Assembly: GCA_043228905.1 (NCBI GenBank)
Contig: JBHGNT010000016.1
Span: 18,476,001 to 18,540,000, forward strand
DNA from: Azolla caroliniana
Lineage: Eukaryota > Plantae > Polypodiophyta
Length of the DNA stretch: 64,000 bases
Reading direction: 5' to 3'
Shown here one piece after another: positions 1-11,520 of this stretch; the stretch's first letter is position 1, and the number at the start of each line of letters is the position of its first letter. The translations under genes were made by a program, and so were the position numbers. The notes under the pieces were generated by a model. That model did not search any database. It was not told the DNA's origin and saw nothing but the letters and a program-made list of their open reading frames with translations.

Positions 1-1820
1 CAAAATCGACTCCCATTCCCGAAGGCGAGCTACGCAAGAAAATGCCTCCTCAACGTCATACACTCGGATGTATGGGGATTGGCTCAAACGCCGACGATCG
101 ACGGATGCCGATACTACGACACCTTCATCGACGACCACTCCCACTACACGTGGATCTTCCTGATGAAGAAGAAGAGCGAAGTGATCTCCCACTTCCAAAA
201 GCTCAAGGGCCAAGTCGAAAAAGAAACCGGTCGGCACATTCGATGCCTACAATCAGATGGAGGCAAGGAGTACTTCTCCAACGAGTTCACCTCCTACCTC
301 CAAACTGAAGGCATTCGCAGAGAATTCTCATGCCGACACACACTCCAACAAAATGGAGTCGCCGAAAAGAAAACACGGCAAATACTCGAGGTAGCACACG
401 CCATGATGTATGAGAAACACATGCCAAACTTCTATTGGGCGGAAGCGGCATCCACGTCCGTCTATCTCATGAATCGATGCACCACCAATGGAGTGCATGA
501 GCTAACTCTATACGAACTCCTTGTCGGAAGGAAGCCGATCTTGTCGCACCTCAAGGTGTTCAGAAGCGTTGCGAATGTACACATCCCGAACGAAAGCCGA
601 CAGAAGCCCGACGCAAAGTCGTAGGAACGTATCCTCATAGGACACTCATCCAAGAAGAAGGCATACAAGTGCTATAACCCTTCGACACGAGCGGTTCGGG
701 TGAGTCGAGATGTAGTCTTCGACGAATCGGCATCTTGGTATAAGCTCGATTCGGCTCCACCCGACATGATCGAGGAAGAGTTGAACGTCAACTCGTAGGA
801 TGATATTCGGCCAAGCCCTTCACCAACGGACCGTCCAAGCTCTACCGAGCTAAGTGGACGACACGAGCCTTCAAGCCTTCCAAGCATGCCGCGGCCAAGT
901 ACGGCCTTGGACAAAGGCAAAGGTAAGATGCCCGAATACGAAGTTGACCACCCCGACGACAATGATTCGGATGTGTCGACTCCCTCACTAGACAGTGAGT
1001 TTGGTGTACCCATCATGCAGACACCCGGAGTAAAGAAGGCGCTCACATTGGTGAGAGAAAAACTTCGACGCTCATCTAGAGCTAAGAACTCTGTCACTCG
1101 GCTCGGCTACAACGAGTACATGGCCCATCACTATGTCTTCACGATGAAGGTAGCGGTCGAACAAGAGCCCATGAGCTCCACTGAAGCGGCTCATAACCCA
1201 CCATGGGTGGAAGTAGTCGACCTTCGCCCACACACTACAAGCCTTCGTCACCGGCTTGAGGGGGAGGAACCGAGATTGCCACGACAAAGAAAGCCGAAGG
1301 TCGAATGGAAGCACACGAAGCCGATGAAAGCAAAATCGGATGTTGGACGCCTCACACTTTAGCTTGAGGGGGTGTGTTGAGAGATCAAGGTTCAACTTAG
1401 TTTGGTTTGTTAGTCAACCATGTAATTTTGTAGTTACCTAGATAGAATCTAGTTAGAAGTGTTGACTATAACGCCTTAAATAGGACCTTGTACTTAAGTG
1501 GGATATTCTAGATCCTCCACTCCTAAGTACATTTAATATAGGACTTATACTTTTGTACCTATATCATCCTCACACATGTGCACCCTACCCTTGCACATGA
1601 GATCTATATATACCTCATTGTAGGTATTTTTGTATTTGATGATGATGATGCTAAGTTAATATAGAGTTGATTATCCCCCATCTTGCGTTGTTCATAAGTG
1701 TTAACTTCCTCTCTCTCTTCCTCTCACACACATACACACACATATCACTTAATCTTCCGCTTAACTTAATCATATAATTAGGTACTAATTAACCCGTAGT
1801 TAATCACCTAATTCTTAACA
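1..1820 (+). mobile_element. Ty1/Copia retrotransposon, 3' part (integrase, RT/RNase H largely deleted, PPT, 3' LTR); runs off the left edge
   Basis: Copia integrase motifs (HSDVWG at about 62, FIDDHSHYTWI, LQSDGGKEYF, QQNGVAEKK) in 79-624. The CYNP..RVSRDVVFDES segment follows. After EPMSSTEAAHNPPWVEV the sequence jumps to a pol-end-like tail. PPT TTGAGGGGGTG at 1364-1374, then LTR TGTTGA...TTAACA. Confidence 0.9.
1375..1820 (+). repeat. 3' LTR of the left-edge Copia
   Basis: Starts TGTTGA directly after the PPT and ends TTAACA. Contains a TATA-like CTATATATA at about 1604. Confidence 0.8.
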
Positions 1821-2680
1821 ATAACAAAGCATGGACTTTTGTCGTCTTCTAATGAGGAAATACTGATAGGATTATATATTAATAGTTTCCATAATAAAGA
1901 TTTTCATTATGAGATCCACACTCATCAACCCAAGACTTTGGGAGAAGCGATGGAACGTGCCCGCATTCTATTTGACACAAAAGCTCGTTACCAACCAAAA
2001 GAGTCAAAAGGAGAAAGCGGTAAACATAGATACCAACCTTCTCTGATAGGTCAAAGAGACAATGCGAAAAGGCGGGTAATAATCTGCAACTTTTGTAAGA
2101 AGCCTGGGCATAAAGCCAACAACGTATGCGGAGAAATGAGAGCGGTAACTCCAACAATCCGCAAAGAAAGCCATCAACTTCCAATAATCCAAGTATGTTC
2201 TTGAATTATTTGAATTCCGCTAGTACCATTGCATTACAAAAAAATATTCTTGAACCACATGATTTACTTAAAACTTATGGGACTATCCACAATCAAAGTG
2301 TAACTATACTATTTGACTGTGGTAGCACTAATAATTTTCTTGACTCTAATATGGTGCAGATGTTACGAATAAAAAGAACCAAAAGTGACCACGACTACAA
2401 AGTCCTTACTGCGGGAGGCCATGTCCAAAGGCATTCATTAATTGCACATGGTGTACCCCTAGTAATAAATAACTACACTGAAAAGTTGACTTTTCATGTA
2501 ATGCGTTTACGAACGGCAAATGTAATTCTTGGTTACATATGATTTTATAATAGACATAGTCTTGATATCGATTGGTTGAATCATACTATTTCTTTTGACG
2601 TAAATAATAGCCAACAAGTTTTTATTCATGGGACTACGATAAAAAATTTAATGTCTGTTAATCATCTTTATACTTATGAT
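1821..2680 (+). pseudogene. Element A: Ty3/Gypsy gag-protease fragment related to element D
   Basis: Zinc knuckle CNFCKKPGHKANN and aspartic protease ILFDCGSTNNFL. EPHDLLKTYGTIHNQSVTILFD aligns by eye with D's GPNDLLCANGYINGSPVQFLFD. Frameshifted and truncated; the right boundary is approximate. Confidence 0.8.
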
Positions 2681-4781
2681 CGAAATGTTGATGCACAATT
2701 TTATGAGCTACAGTGACTAAAAGAAAAATTCGTTGCATTGGAACAAGAAAGCCAACGATTGTTAGGGGATCTTCAACAAATTGCTTTAGAAAAACAGCAA
2801 ACGCAGCAACAACATGGGGAGTTAGCGTTACAAGTACAACAACTCGAAGAAACCATCGTACCATTACAACAACAAGGATCAAGTCCCCAAGGACTTCATA
2901 AAGAGCCCAAGATTGGTCTTCCTGTGAAATTTGATCGAAAGCACTCACAATTCAGAGGATTCCTTAATCAAGTACGCTTAGTCATGCAAATGCATCCTTC
3001 CCGATACCCCCACTGATGCATCCCGAGTAGGCCTAATAGGCACGTTGCTCAGCGGCTCAGCCTTGGGATGGTTCACTCCGCTTTTGAAAAAACAATCTCC
3101 CTTGCTTAATACCTTTGAAGACTTTATTAGCGAGTTTAAAGCCTGCTTTGGAGATACCGATAGCATGAGGACAACGATCAATAAAATCCGTCGATTGCGT
3201 CAAGGCGATCGTCCAGCCTCTGCCTACGCGGTGGATTTCCATCTACTCGCCTCAGATATCCCCTGGGATGATCAAGCACTAATGGAGCAGTTCCGCTATG
3301 GCCTGCGAAACGACATCAATGATTTATTTTTAACCTTTACCGAAGAACCAAAATCTCTTACAGAGACAATCAGTCGAGCGGTCCAATGCGACAACCGCCT
3401 TTTCGAACGACGTTCGGAATGTCAATTTCAAATGCCACAGACTAGGCCACAACCCACATATGCCTCAATCGCAGCTAAACCAGTTGCACGAGATGTATCT
3501 CAGGCAAATACTCCAATGCCGATGGAGATCGACACCATGCGTCAACGTGGCCCGTTATCAGAAGAAGAAAAGCAACGACGACATGCAAATCGATTATGTC
3601 TTTATTGTGGTGGACCAGGGCATATCGCCATCGACTGTCCCCATAGGCCAAGAAGACAGGTAAATCAAATCGTAGCCTATACTAAACCCGAGACAATTCC
3701 CTTAGGTGTGTCTGATAGTATTAATAGTACTGATAGCCCAAGTATCTCAAACAAATTTCAATCCTTAGTCAATTAGAGGAAGAGTTAAAAGACTAAGTCT
3801 AGCCAAAATAGGAGCCGTTTGGTTGGACATCCCTAGATCTGTGCAACCCATTAGTGGTTCCATTCCCTCTAAGCAAGTTAGCAATGTGTTCTTAGCCCAA
3901 GTCACAATTAGTACTAAAAGTACCCCTCCAGTACATGTCTTAGCACTTTTAGATTCCGGAGCCGATTCATGTTTCATGGATCGGAATTTTGCCCAAGCGT
4001 CTCAGATATCCTTAAGAAAACTTCCTTGCCCCGCATCTGTAGTAGTCATTGATGGTCGTCCCATTGCTTTTGGGAATATTGTAGAAGAGTCAGAACCCAT
4101 TCAGGTTGTCCTAGATAGCTTTGTGTATGTGGTATCATTTAATATAATTAGTGGTCTAGAGCATCCCATTCTCCTGGGATTACCTTGGTTTGAAGTACAT
4201 AATCCAAACATAGATTGGAGAACAAGAGAAGTCCGATATCAACAACCCTGAGAATCTACTCATCGACTTTCGACCATTTCGCTCCATCAATTACGCGAAG
4301 AAGGATGCAAGGAGTCAATGTTTCTATTTGCAATATCAGTACATCCTTCTAGCACCATTAAAAAGGAATCCTTAGTTCAACTTCCCGCAAAATATCATCC
4401 TTATGCCGATGTATTTGACAAGGTCAGAGCTACTACTCTTCCTCATCATCGTCCCTATGATTGTCCCATCGATCTACAACTAGGAACAGAGCCACCATGG
4501 GGACCGATTTACAACTTGTCACCGACCGAGTTGGATGTCCTTTGAGCCTACATGGAAGAGACTTTGGCAAGCGGGTTTATTCGTCATTCGAAATCTCCGG
4601 CAAGTGCACCCATTTTCTTTGTAAAAAAGAATGATGGATCCCTTCATCTCGTCGTTGATTACCGCGGCTTGAATAAGGTCACCATTCAGAATAGGTATGC
4701 ACTTCCCCTTATATCAAGTCTATTAGAACGTGTAAATGGTGCCAAGTTTTTTACAAAAATCGACTTACGAGGAGCATATAA

Positions 4782-4886
<105 letters not shown>

Positions 4887-5203
4887 TAAATATATTATGT
4901 AAACTCGTCGTTAGGTAGAAGAGTAGGTGAGGAAATAAGTAAGACTAGAAATAGACATGTTTTAACGCTCACAATCAGCCGATGGCTTGGCTCTGTCTGA
5001 AGGGAAAAACTATATAACCCAAGTTATGCATACCTCAAGGGGGGATCAACTAGATCATTCTTAGCAAGAGTAATATCCCAGCAGCAAGTTCTGTATGAAC
5101 TGTTTTCGGCTGAGGCCGAGTATTATAATCACTGAGTTTCATCATTTAATATAAGTTTCGTTTTTATTCTTCTATCTATGTATTCTCCCCGTACTCGTAA
5201 ATC

Positions 5204-5947
5204 TGTTAGGAAACAGGTCCCTCCAGATGAGAAGTGAAAAGAATAGTGATGATGAGCAAACTCGGCCTCGGCCGAATCCGGATGTGGAGTACCCCGGCAA
5301 CGGAAGACCCGGTGAGAACCGGATGTGGAGGACCTGGCAACGGAAGACCCGGTGAGAACCAGATGTGGAGTACCCGGAAATGGAAGACTCGGTGAGAACC
5401 GGATGTGGAGTACCCGGCAACGGAAGACCCGGTGAGAACCGGATGATGTGTGCTCGACAAGCGCCGGATGATGCAGGCCCTGTGGGGAGTGCTCACCGGA
5501 TGAAGGGACATATTCGTAAATATGTTTCTGAGAGTCCATCGGGGCTATATTTGTAAATAGCTGAAAAGCCATATTAGTATAAATATGACTTAGGGCAAAC
5601 TTAGTCATAGTAGTGGTCATTTCTTGTTGGTGCAAGATTTGCGAGCGTAACTGTGTACAGAGAGAGAGAGAGAGGAAGAGGTCGTTGCCTCTGTTGTAAC
5701 CGCCGCTTGTAGCGAAGATAGAAAGCTCAAGGTTGTTGCCTCGGTGCTTTACTGTTGTACATTGTAACATAGTGATAGTTTGCAGCCTGTGGGCTGCCGT
5801 AGTTTTTTCCCTAGTTTGGGTTTTCCACGTAAACATCCTGTGTACTCTTCTCTTCACTGTGTCGTGCGTTCATTATCCATTTTCTGTGTTTGATCCTAGC
5901 CTCGGTTGTGGCCGAGCGTTGTGCTTAGGGAGCGTGTGTTCCTGTCA
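5204..5947 (+). mobile_element. Solo LTR (744 bp) inserted in the 5' LTR of C
   Basis: Termini TGTTAGGA...TCCTGTCA, perfect 5-bp TSD AAATC (5199-5203, 5948-5952). Absent from the 3' LTR of C. TATAAA at about 5578. Confidence 0.9.
5278..5446 (+). repeat. Four tandem 40-bp repeats (CCGGATGTGGAGTACCCGGCAACGGAAGACCCGGTGAGAA) in the U3 of the solo LTR
   Basis: Units start at 5278, 5319, 5359 and 5399, plus a partial unit. Confidence 0.9.
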
Positions 5948-6107
5948 AAATCAAGCTTCGTTTATGCCTGACGGGTTGTAGACGTGTACGCTCCTTGTTC
6001 TCCTTTCTTCTCCTCGTGTAGAGGAGACTTCCACGTAACATGATCCGTTGACACCGATAGCTTGTGGGTTCATCAAAGGTGTTTTCCCAGAAGCGGTTAA
6101 CACAATT

Positions 6108-6120
6108 TGGCACGCCCGGT
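6108..6120 (+). promoter_or_regulatory. PBS of element C, tRNA-Arg-like
   Basis: TGGCACGCCCGGT, 5 nt after the LTR end. Resembles the complement of plant tRNA-Arg 3' ends (recalled, not searched). Confidence 0.7.
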
Positions 6121-6419
6121 TATAGCTGTGAGATCACAACGAACTACGTTGAAGGCAACCTTCAGCCGCCATTACGGCACCCAATCGCACCAAGCGGTCT
6201 TGGCCACCTGCCCGACGCCCTGAGCCAGTTGAAGGAACTTCCGACTCGGTGGTCACGGACCAGTCTTTCCAAGAAATATCGGAGGTTCACCGGTTGCAAT
6301 CCTCGGCACCTGCTACTCGGTCGCGAGTTGATTCCACACCGACCTCTCTACCAAGCCCTCTAGAGGTCACCCACCCTGACCCTAACCCTTTTCCGGTTTT
6401 ATCGGAAGATCCAGATTTC

Positions 6420-9400
6420 GATACCATGCCGTATCCTTACCCATGATACACTGACGGCCCTGACGCCGAGTCGCACATCCGTGCCTTCGTGTCCACTTGG
6501 CAGGCCAACCACTCAATGCAGCGACTCTCGCCTGCCGAAATCAATGCCTCAAAAATCGCTGAGTTTACGCTATCCTTCGATGGACCAGTTGCGCAATGGT
6601 ATTCTCAGCTCGACGCAGGTGAGTTTATCACCTTCCAAGACGTTCGCATGAAGTTCCTAGAACTTTTCTATCGCGAGGTGCCCAAACGAGAACTGCTTCG
6701 ATAGTTCTTTTCCATGAGCCAAGAACCGCATGAGACGATCGCAGAGTTCAGGATCCAGTTCTAGGATCTATACAGACAAGTGGCTGACGATGTCTCTGCA
6801 CAACACATTCCGAACGCATTCCTTTCCAGCTTACGGGAGCCTCTACGGACAACTCTCGCACTTACTAATTTTGCTAACCAAACGATCGAGCAAGTCATAG
6901 CGCGCGTCCTCGCCCTAGATCGGACACAACAAAGCACGACTTTCTCTATGAGCTCACTGCAAAGCGCCCTTCCCCATGAGGACAATCGCTTTTGCCAAGC
7001 CCTCCAATGCATAGTTTGCTCGGGATCGGGCCATCTGGCACTCGAATGTCCTCACTGGCCACAGTGTCCGATCTGCTAGTCCCGCTCTCACACTATCGAG
7101 CAATGTGAATACAATATGCTTAACCGCACAATGACGGCCCCGGTTCGCCAAATCGAGCCCAGGGATACATACTCTCGTTAGGATGAGCGACAATCCTACC
7201 GGAACCAGGATAACCAACGACCCCAATCGCCAGATAGGCGGGGCCGTGACGACGATTACCGTCGAGACGACAACCATTACTGAAACGACAACCGACGGAG
7301 ATTGGACGACCGCCGTGATCGCTATCACGATGATCGGTACCGGGCAAACGACAATTATGATCGGTATGACGATGATCGGGATGACCGATACGATCAGAGA
7401 AATTCCCGTAATGATCGGTGCAACTCTCCCCGAGGATTGCGCAACACCAGAAGGAATAACGACAACCGTTGTCGGGACCCCCCTCAAAATGAACCGTGCA
7501 GCTCGAACGCGCCCCGAACCAACTCACCAACACACGAGGCCAGGAATCAATCGCAGCCCCCCCCACACACAGATCGGGCTGGCACCAACAACTCGGCCGC
7601 CGTTACCTGCTTCAAGTGCAACCAACCCGGTCACTACGCTACGCAATGCCCAACAACAGACCGCGGAAAGGCTCCTGCCGTGAATAGTATTATGGCCGAT
7701 GTGCAAAACGTCACAACACGCAGTAAAGCCCAGGCCACTCCATGGCAAGTACAGGATGAACTCCGACAAGTAGCGAAAGAATGGATTGATACGGCCAACA
7801 AAAACAATGTGGTGCGGATGCAAACAGAAATGCGAGACGCGACCATCGGAGCACCACAGTCCTCGGCACCATCCACATCGACAAAAGATGACCAGTTGTG
7901 GGACGCCCTTACCAGTTCTAGGATCTCGCTGCCTCTGCATAAACTCTTACCACTCAGGCCGTGCTTTCAGGATACCTTGGCTAAGCTCTCGGCTAACGAC
8001 AAATCGGTCGTACCCCCTATTAACTTGACAGAGCTAGGGACGGGCCCATCCCTCATGGATTCCCAGAATCCAGCCGTGAAAATCATGATTAAAGGACGCG
8101 ACCTTCATGGGTGCATAATCAACAGCAGCTCCGGTGTGAACGTCATCAACGAGGCCACATGTCACACCCTTGGCATAAACCAATGGGAGCCTTGCCCCTT
8201 TTGGCTTTGGATGGCTGATACACGATCGGTTCGCCCCATCAGATTAATCCGCCACCTCGACTTTACTCTAGGAGGCCATATGTTCACTATCTCGGCCGTT
8301 GTATTATGACTCGAAGCACAGGGCGCCTACCCAATGTTACTTGGCAGACCATGGTTGCGCACAACAAATATCAAACAGCATTGGCAGCACAACATGATCT
8401 CGTTTTGCCGAGGAAAGACCAAGGTCTGGATCATAACCGAAGAACGCGTAACCACGCCCCACAACACCTCGCCGTTATACGCGGAAGGGGTGCACATGCT
8501 CGACGGGTTAGCCGATGACGAGGTGGATGACTTCCTAGAAGACCATCCCACTATCATACCCCTCTTCAAAATCGACACTATATCGGCCGTCGGCACACCT
8601 CTAGACGAGGAGGTCACGGAGAATACACCTCCCTAGGACGAGCCCGATCCCACCACCATCGCAGAATTATGACACGCTCGGGACGCTTTTGAACGTGAAC
8701 TCACCATCTCCCAATGAGTGAAGGCATCAACGCTCGAAACACTGAACCTCAGTTCGGATGAGAACCCTCGCGCCCTGCAGATTGCTAATAACTTACCAGC
8801 CGGCGAACGAGCAACTCTCATACGCTTACTCACCAATTACCAGGATGTATTCGCATGGTCTTACACGGATATGAAGGGTTTGGACCCTCAATACTATCAA
8901 CACCATATCCATCTTCTCCCTGACGCTCGGCCGATTCAGCAAAGACGATACCGGATGAACCCCAATTATGCAGCTAAGGTCAAGGAAGAAATAGACAAGC
9001 TCCTCCGAGTCGGGTTCATACGACCTGTAAAACGCGCCACATGGTTAAGCCCAATCATAGTCGTCCCCAAGAAAAACGGGAAAATCCGAGTCTGCGTCGA
9101 CTACCGCAAGCTTAATGATGCAACGGTCACGGATGGATTCCCTCTCCCGTTCACGAATAGCGTTCTCGACATGGTGGCAGGTCACGAATGCTACAACTTT
9201 CTAGACGGGTTCAGTAGCTACAACCAAATTAGAATGCACCCGGATGATCAGGAGAAAAGAGCATTTGTCATGGAATGGGGTGTTTTTGTGGCAGAAGTAA
9301 TGATGTTCGGTTTGAAAATGGCGCCGACCACGTTCCAACGCATCATTACCGAAATTTTTAACGAATATATCCCGGCGTTCATGCAAGTCTTTCTTGACGA

Positions 9401-11520
9401 CTTCGCCGTGTATGGCCAGCGACTGGAACACATGACCCAATTACGTCTCTGTCTTGGTCGATGTCGCCAGGCTCAGTTAAGTTGAAACCCAGCAAAATGC
9501 GTGTTCTTGGTCACAAGCGGCAACCTACTCGGGCACATCGTCAGTCAAGAAGGTATCGCCATGGACCCGGATAAAGTACAAGCCATCCTAAACGCCCCCG
9601 CACCCTCGAACGCAAAGGCCCTCAACCGATTTCTGGGACAAATCAGATGGCACAGCCGAATGATATGCCACCTGGCCGATTTCGCGACACCACTCCACGC
9701 GGCGGTGCATCGACTTCCCTTTCAATGGACTTCCATCGAGGACGAGGCTTACCAAGCTTTGAAATTAATGCTCTCGCATGCCCCAGTTGTACAGCCCCCG
9801 ATATGGTCAGAACCTTTTTACGACTTTGTGGACGCATCAGATATCGCCATCGGGAACGCGCTCATGCAACGCACACCACCAAATTGGTACCGGCTAGTGT
9901 ATTACGCTAGCCGACGACTCTCGGCCACAGAGAAGAACTACTCAACCACTGAATGCGAGGCCCTCCGTATGGTTTAAAGCATCAACAAATTCCGGCATTA
10001 TCTCTTAGGCCGGAACTTCACATTCCACGTCGACCACTCGGCCCTCCTTTACCTGGTCAATAAACAAGCCCTGACAGGTCGACTGGCTCGATGGATGCTC
10101 CTATTACAAGAGTTTGATTTTCATATACAGCATCGACCTGGAGTCCAACATGCCGTCACTGACTACCTAAGCCGCCTCGAGTCAGGGGACCCTGCCGAGT
10201 CCACGTATGACGATTTACCCGATGCCGGCCTATTTAATCTCACAACGCTGCTAGACGACAAAGAAGATGAATGGATCACGGAGATGACCCATTTCCTTAG
10301 TACTGGCCTACCTCTCGACCACATGCCCCTCGATGCACGGAAACGACTCGCAGTACGAAGCCGAAACTTTTGTCTCGTTTTCGACATCCTCTACCACAAA
10401 GGCTCGGATGGAATATGACGCTGGGCAATTCAACAATTCGAGAAGAAGGCCATCCTCCAAGAGGCTCACCTAGGAATCGCCGGTGGACACTACGCTGGAG
10501 AGTCCACGGCAAGGAAAGTATGGCAGAGTGGGTTATGGTGGCCTACAACGAAAAAGGATGCCCACGAGTTATATTGGCAGTGCGACTTGTGCCAACGGTT
10601 GGGACAACCGATGGAACAAGCTCGAATGCCACACCAACCCATTCTCCCATTGGAACCATTTCAAAAATGGGGGTTACATTTTTGTAGGACCCTTCAAACC
10701 AGCCGTGGCCCGAACCGGTAATAAGTATATCATCGTGGCCACGGACTACTGCACAAAATGGGTCGAGGCAAAGGCTTTACGAGACAACATGGCAGCATCC
10801 ACGACCAAATTCGTGTACGAACATCTATGGTGCCGTTATGGATGCCCAATAGAGCTTACGACACACTACGTGGGCACTTTATAAACCATATAATACACGA
10901 GCTTATGACACACTACGCGGTTGTACATAAGAAAAGTACACCATACTACCCGCAGGCAAACGGATTGGCAAAATCGACTAACAAAATTCTCCAGACAATC
11001 CTGAAGAAGATCGTCAACGAGAACCACACCGATTGGGATGACAAGCTCCAGAGTGCACTATGGGCTTATCACACTACATTCAAAACGAGCATTCAATCCA
11101 CCCCCTTTCAGATGTCTTTTGGTCTCGAAGCCGTTATGCCCATCGAGTTCCAAGTTCCGAGTCTCCGAGTTCAAGTTAAAGCAAGGCTCCCCGAGGCCCA
11201 ATCCGAACAATTTAGGCTGGAACAACTCCTTGAACTTAGCGAGGACCGAGTAGCGAGCATGGCCCAACTTGAACTGCGCCAACGACAACGGAAAGCCTTT
11301 GTGGACCGACATCGGAAAGGATTGGAACAAGAACTGACCACCGGCAAACTGGTCCGCGTTTTCCAGACACGACTCGGTCCCATGCTAGGGAAGTTACGAT
11401 TTTGATGGACCAGCCCCTTTTGGATTATTGACGAGTTTAACGGCACGTTCCACTCGGCACCCTCGCCGGGGAAATTGTCCAAAGCTGGGTGACTGGATTC
11501 CGACTGCGACAGGACTAGGG
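6420..11520 (+). pseudogene. gag-pol of element C (stops and frameshifts)
   Basis: ORF pieces 6489-7079, 7302-8309 (CFKCNQPGHYATQC, degenerate protease), 8718-9485 (RT), 9501-9977 (RNase H) and 10095-11405 (integrase). Confidence 0.9.

Noticed and set aside
5278-5446. CRISPR-like regular repeats
   Set aside because: The units are contiguous with no unique spacers, they lie inside an LTR, the context is eukaryotic and there are no cas genes.
5129-5857. 242-aa minus-strand ORF
   Set aside because: Runs through the solo LTR and its tandem repeats, with no coding signature.
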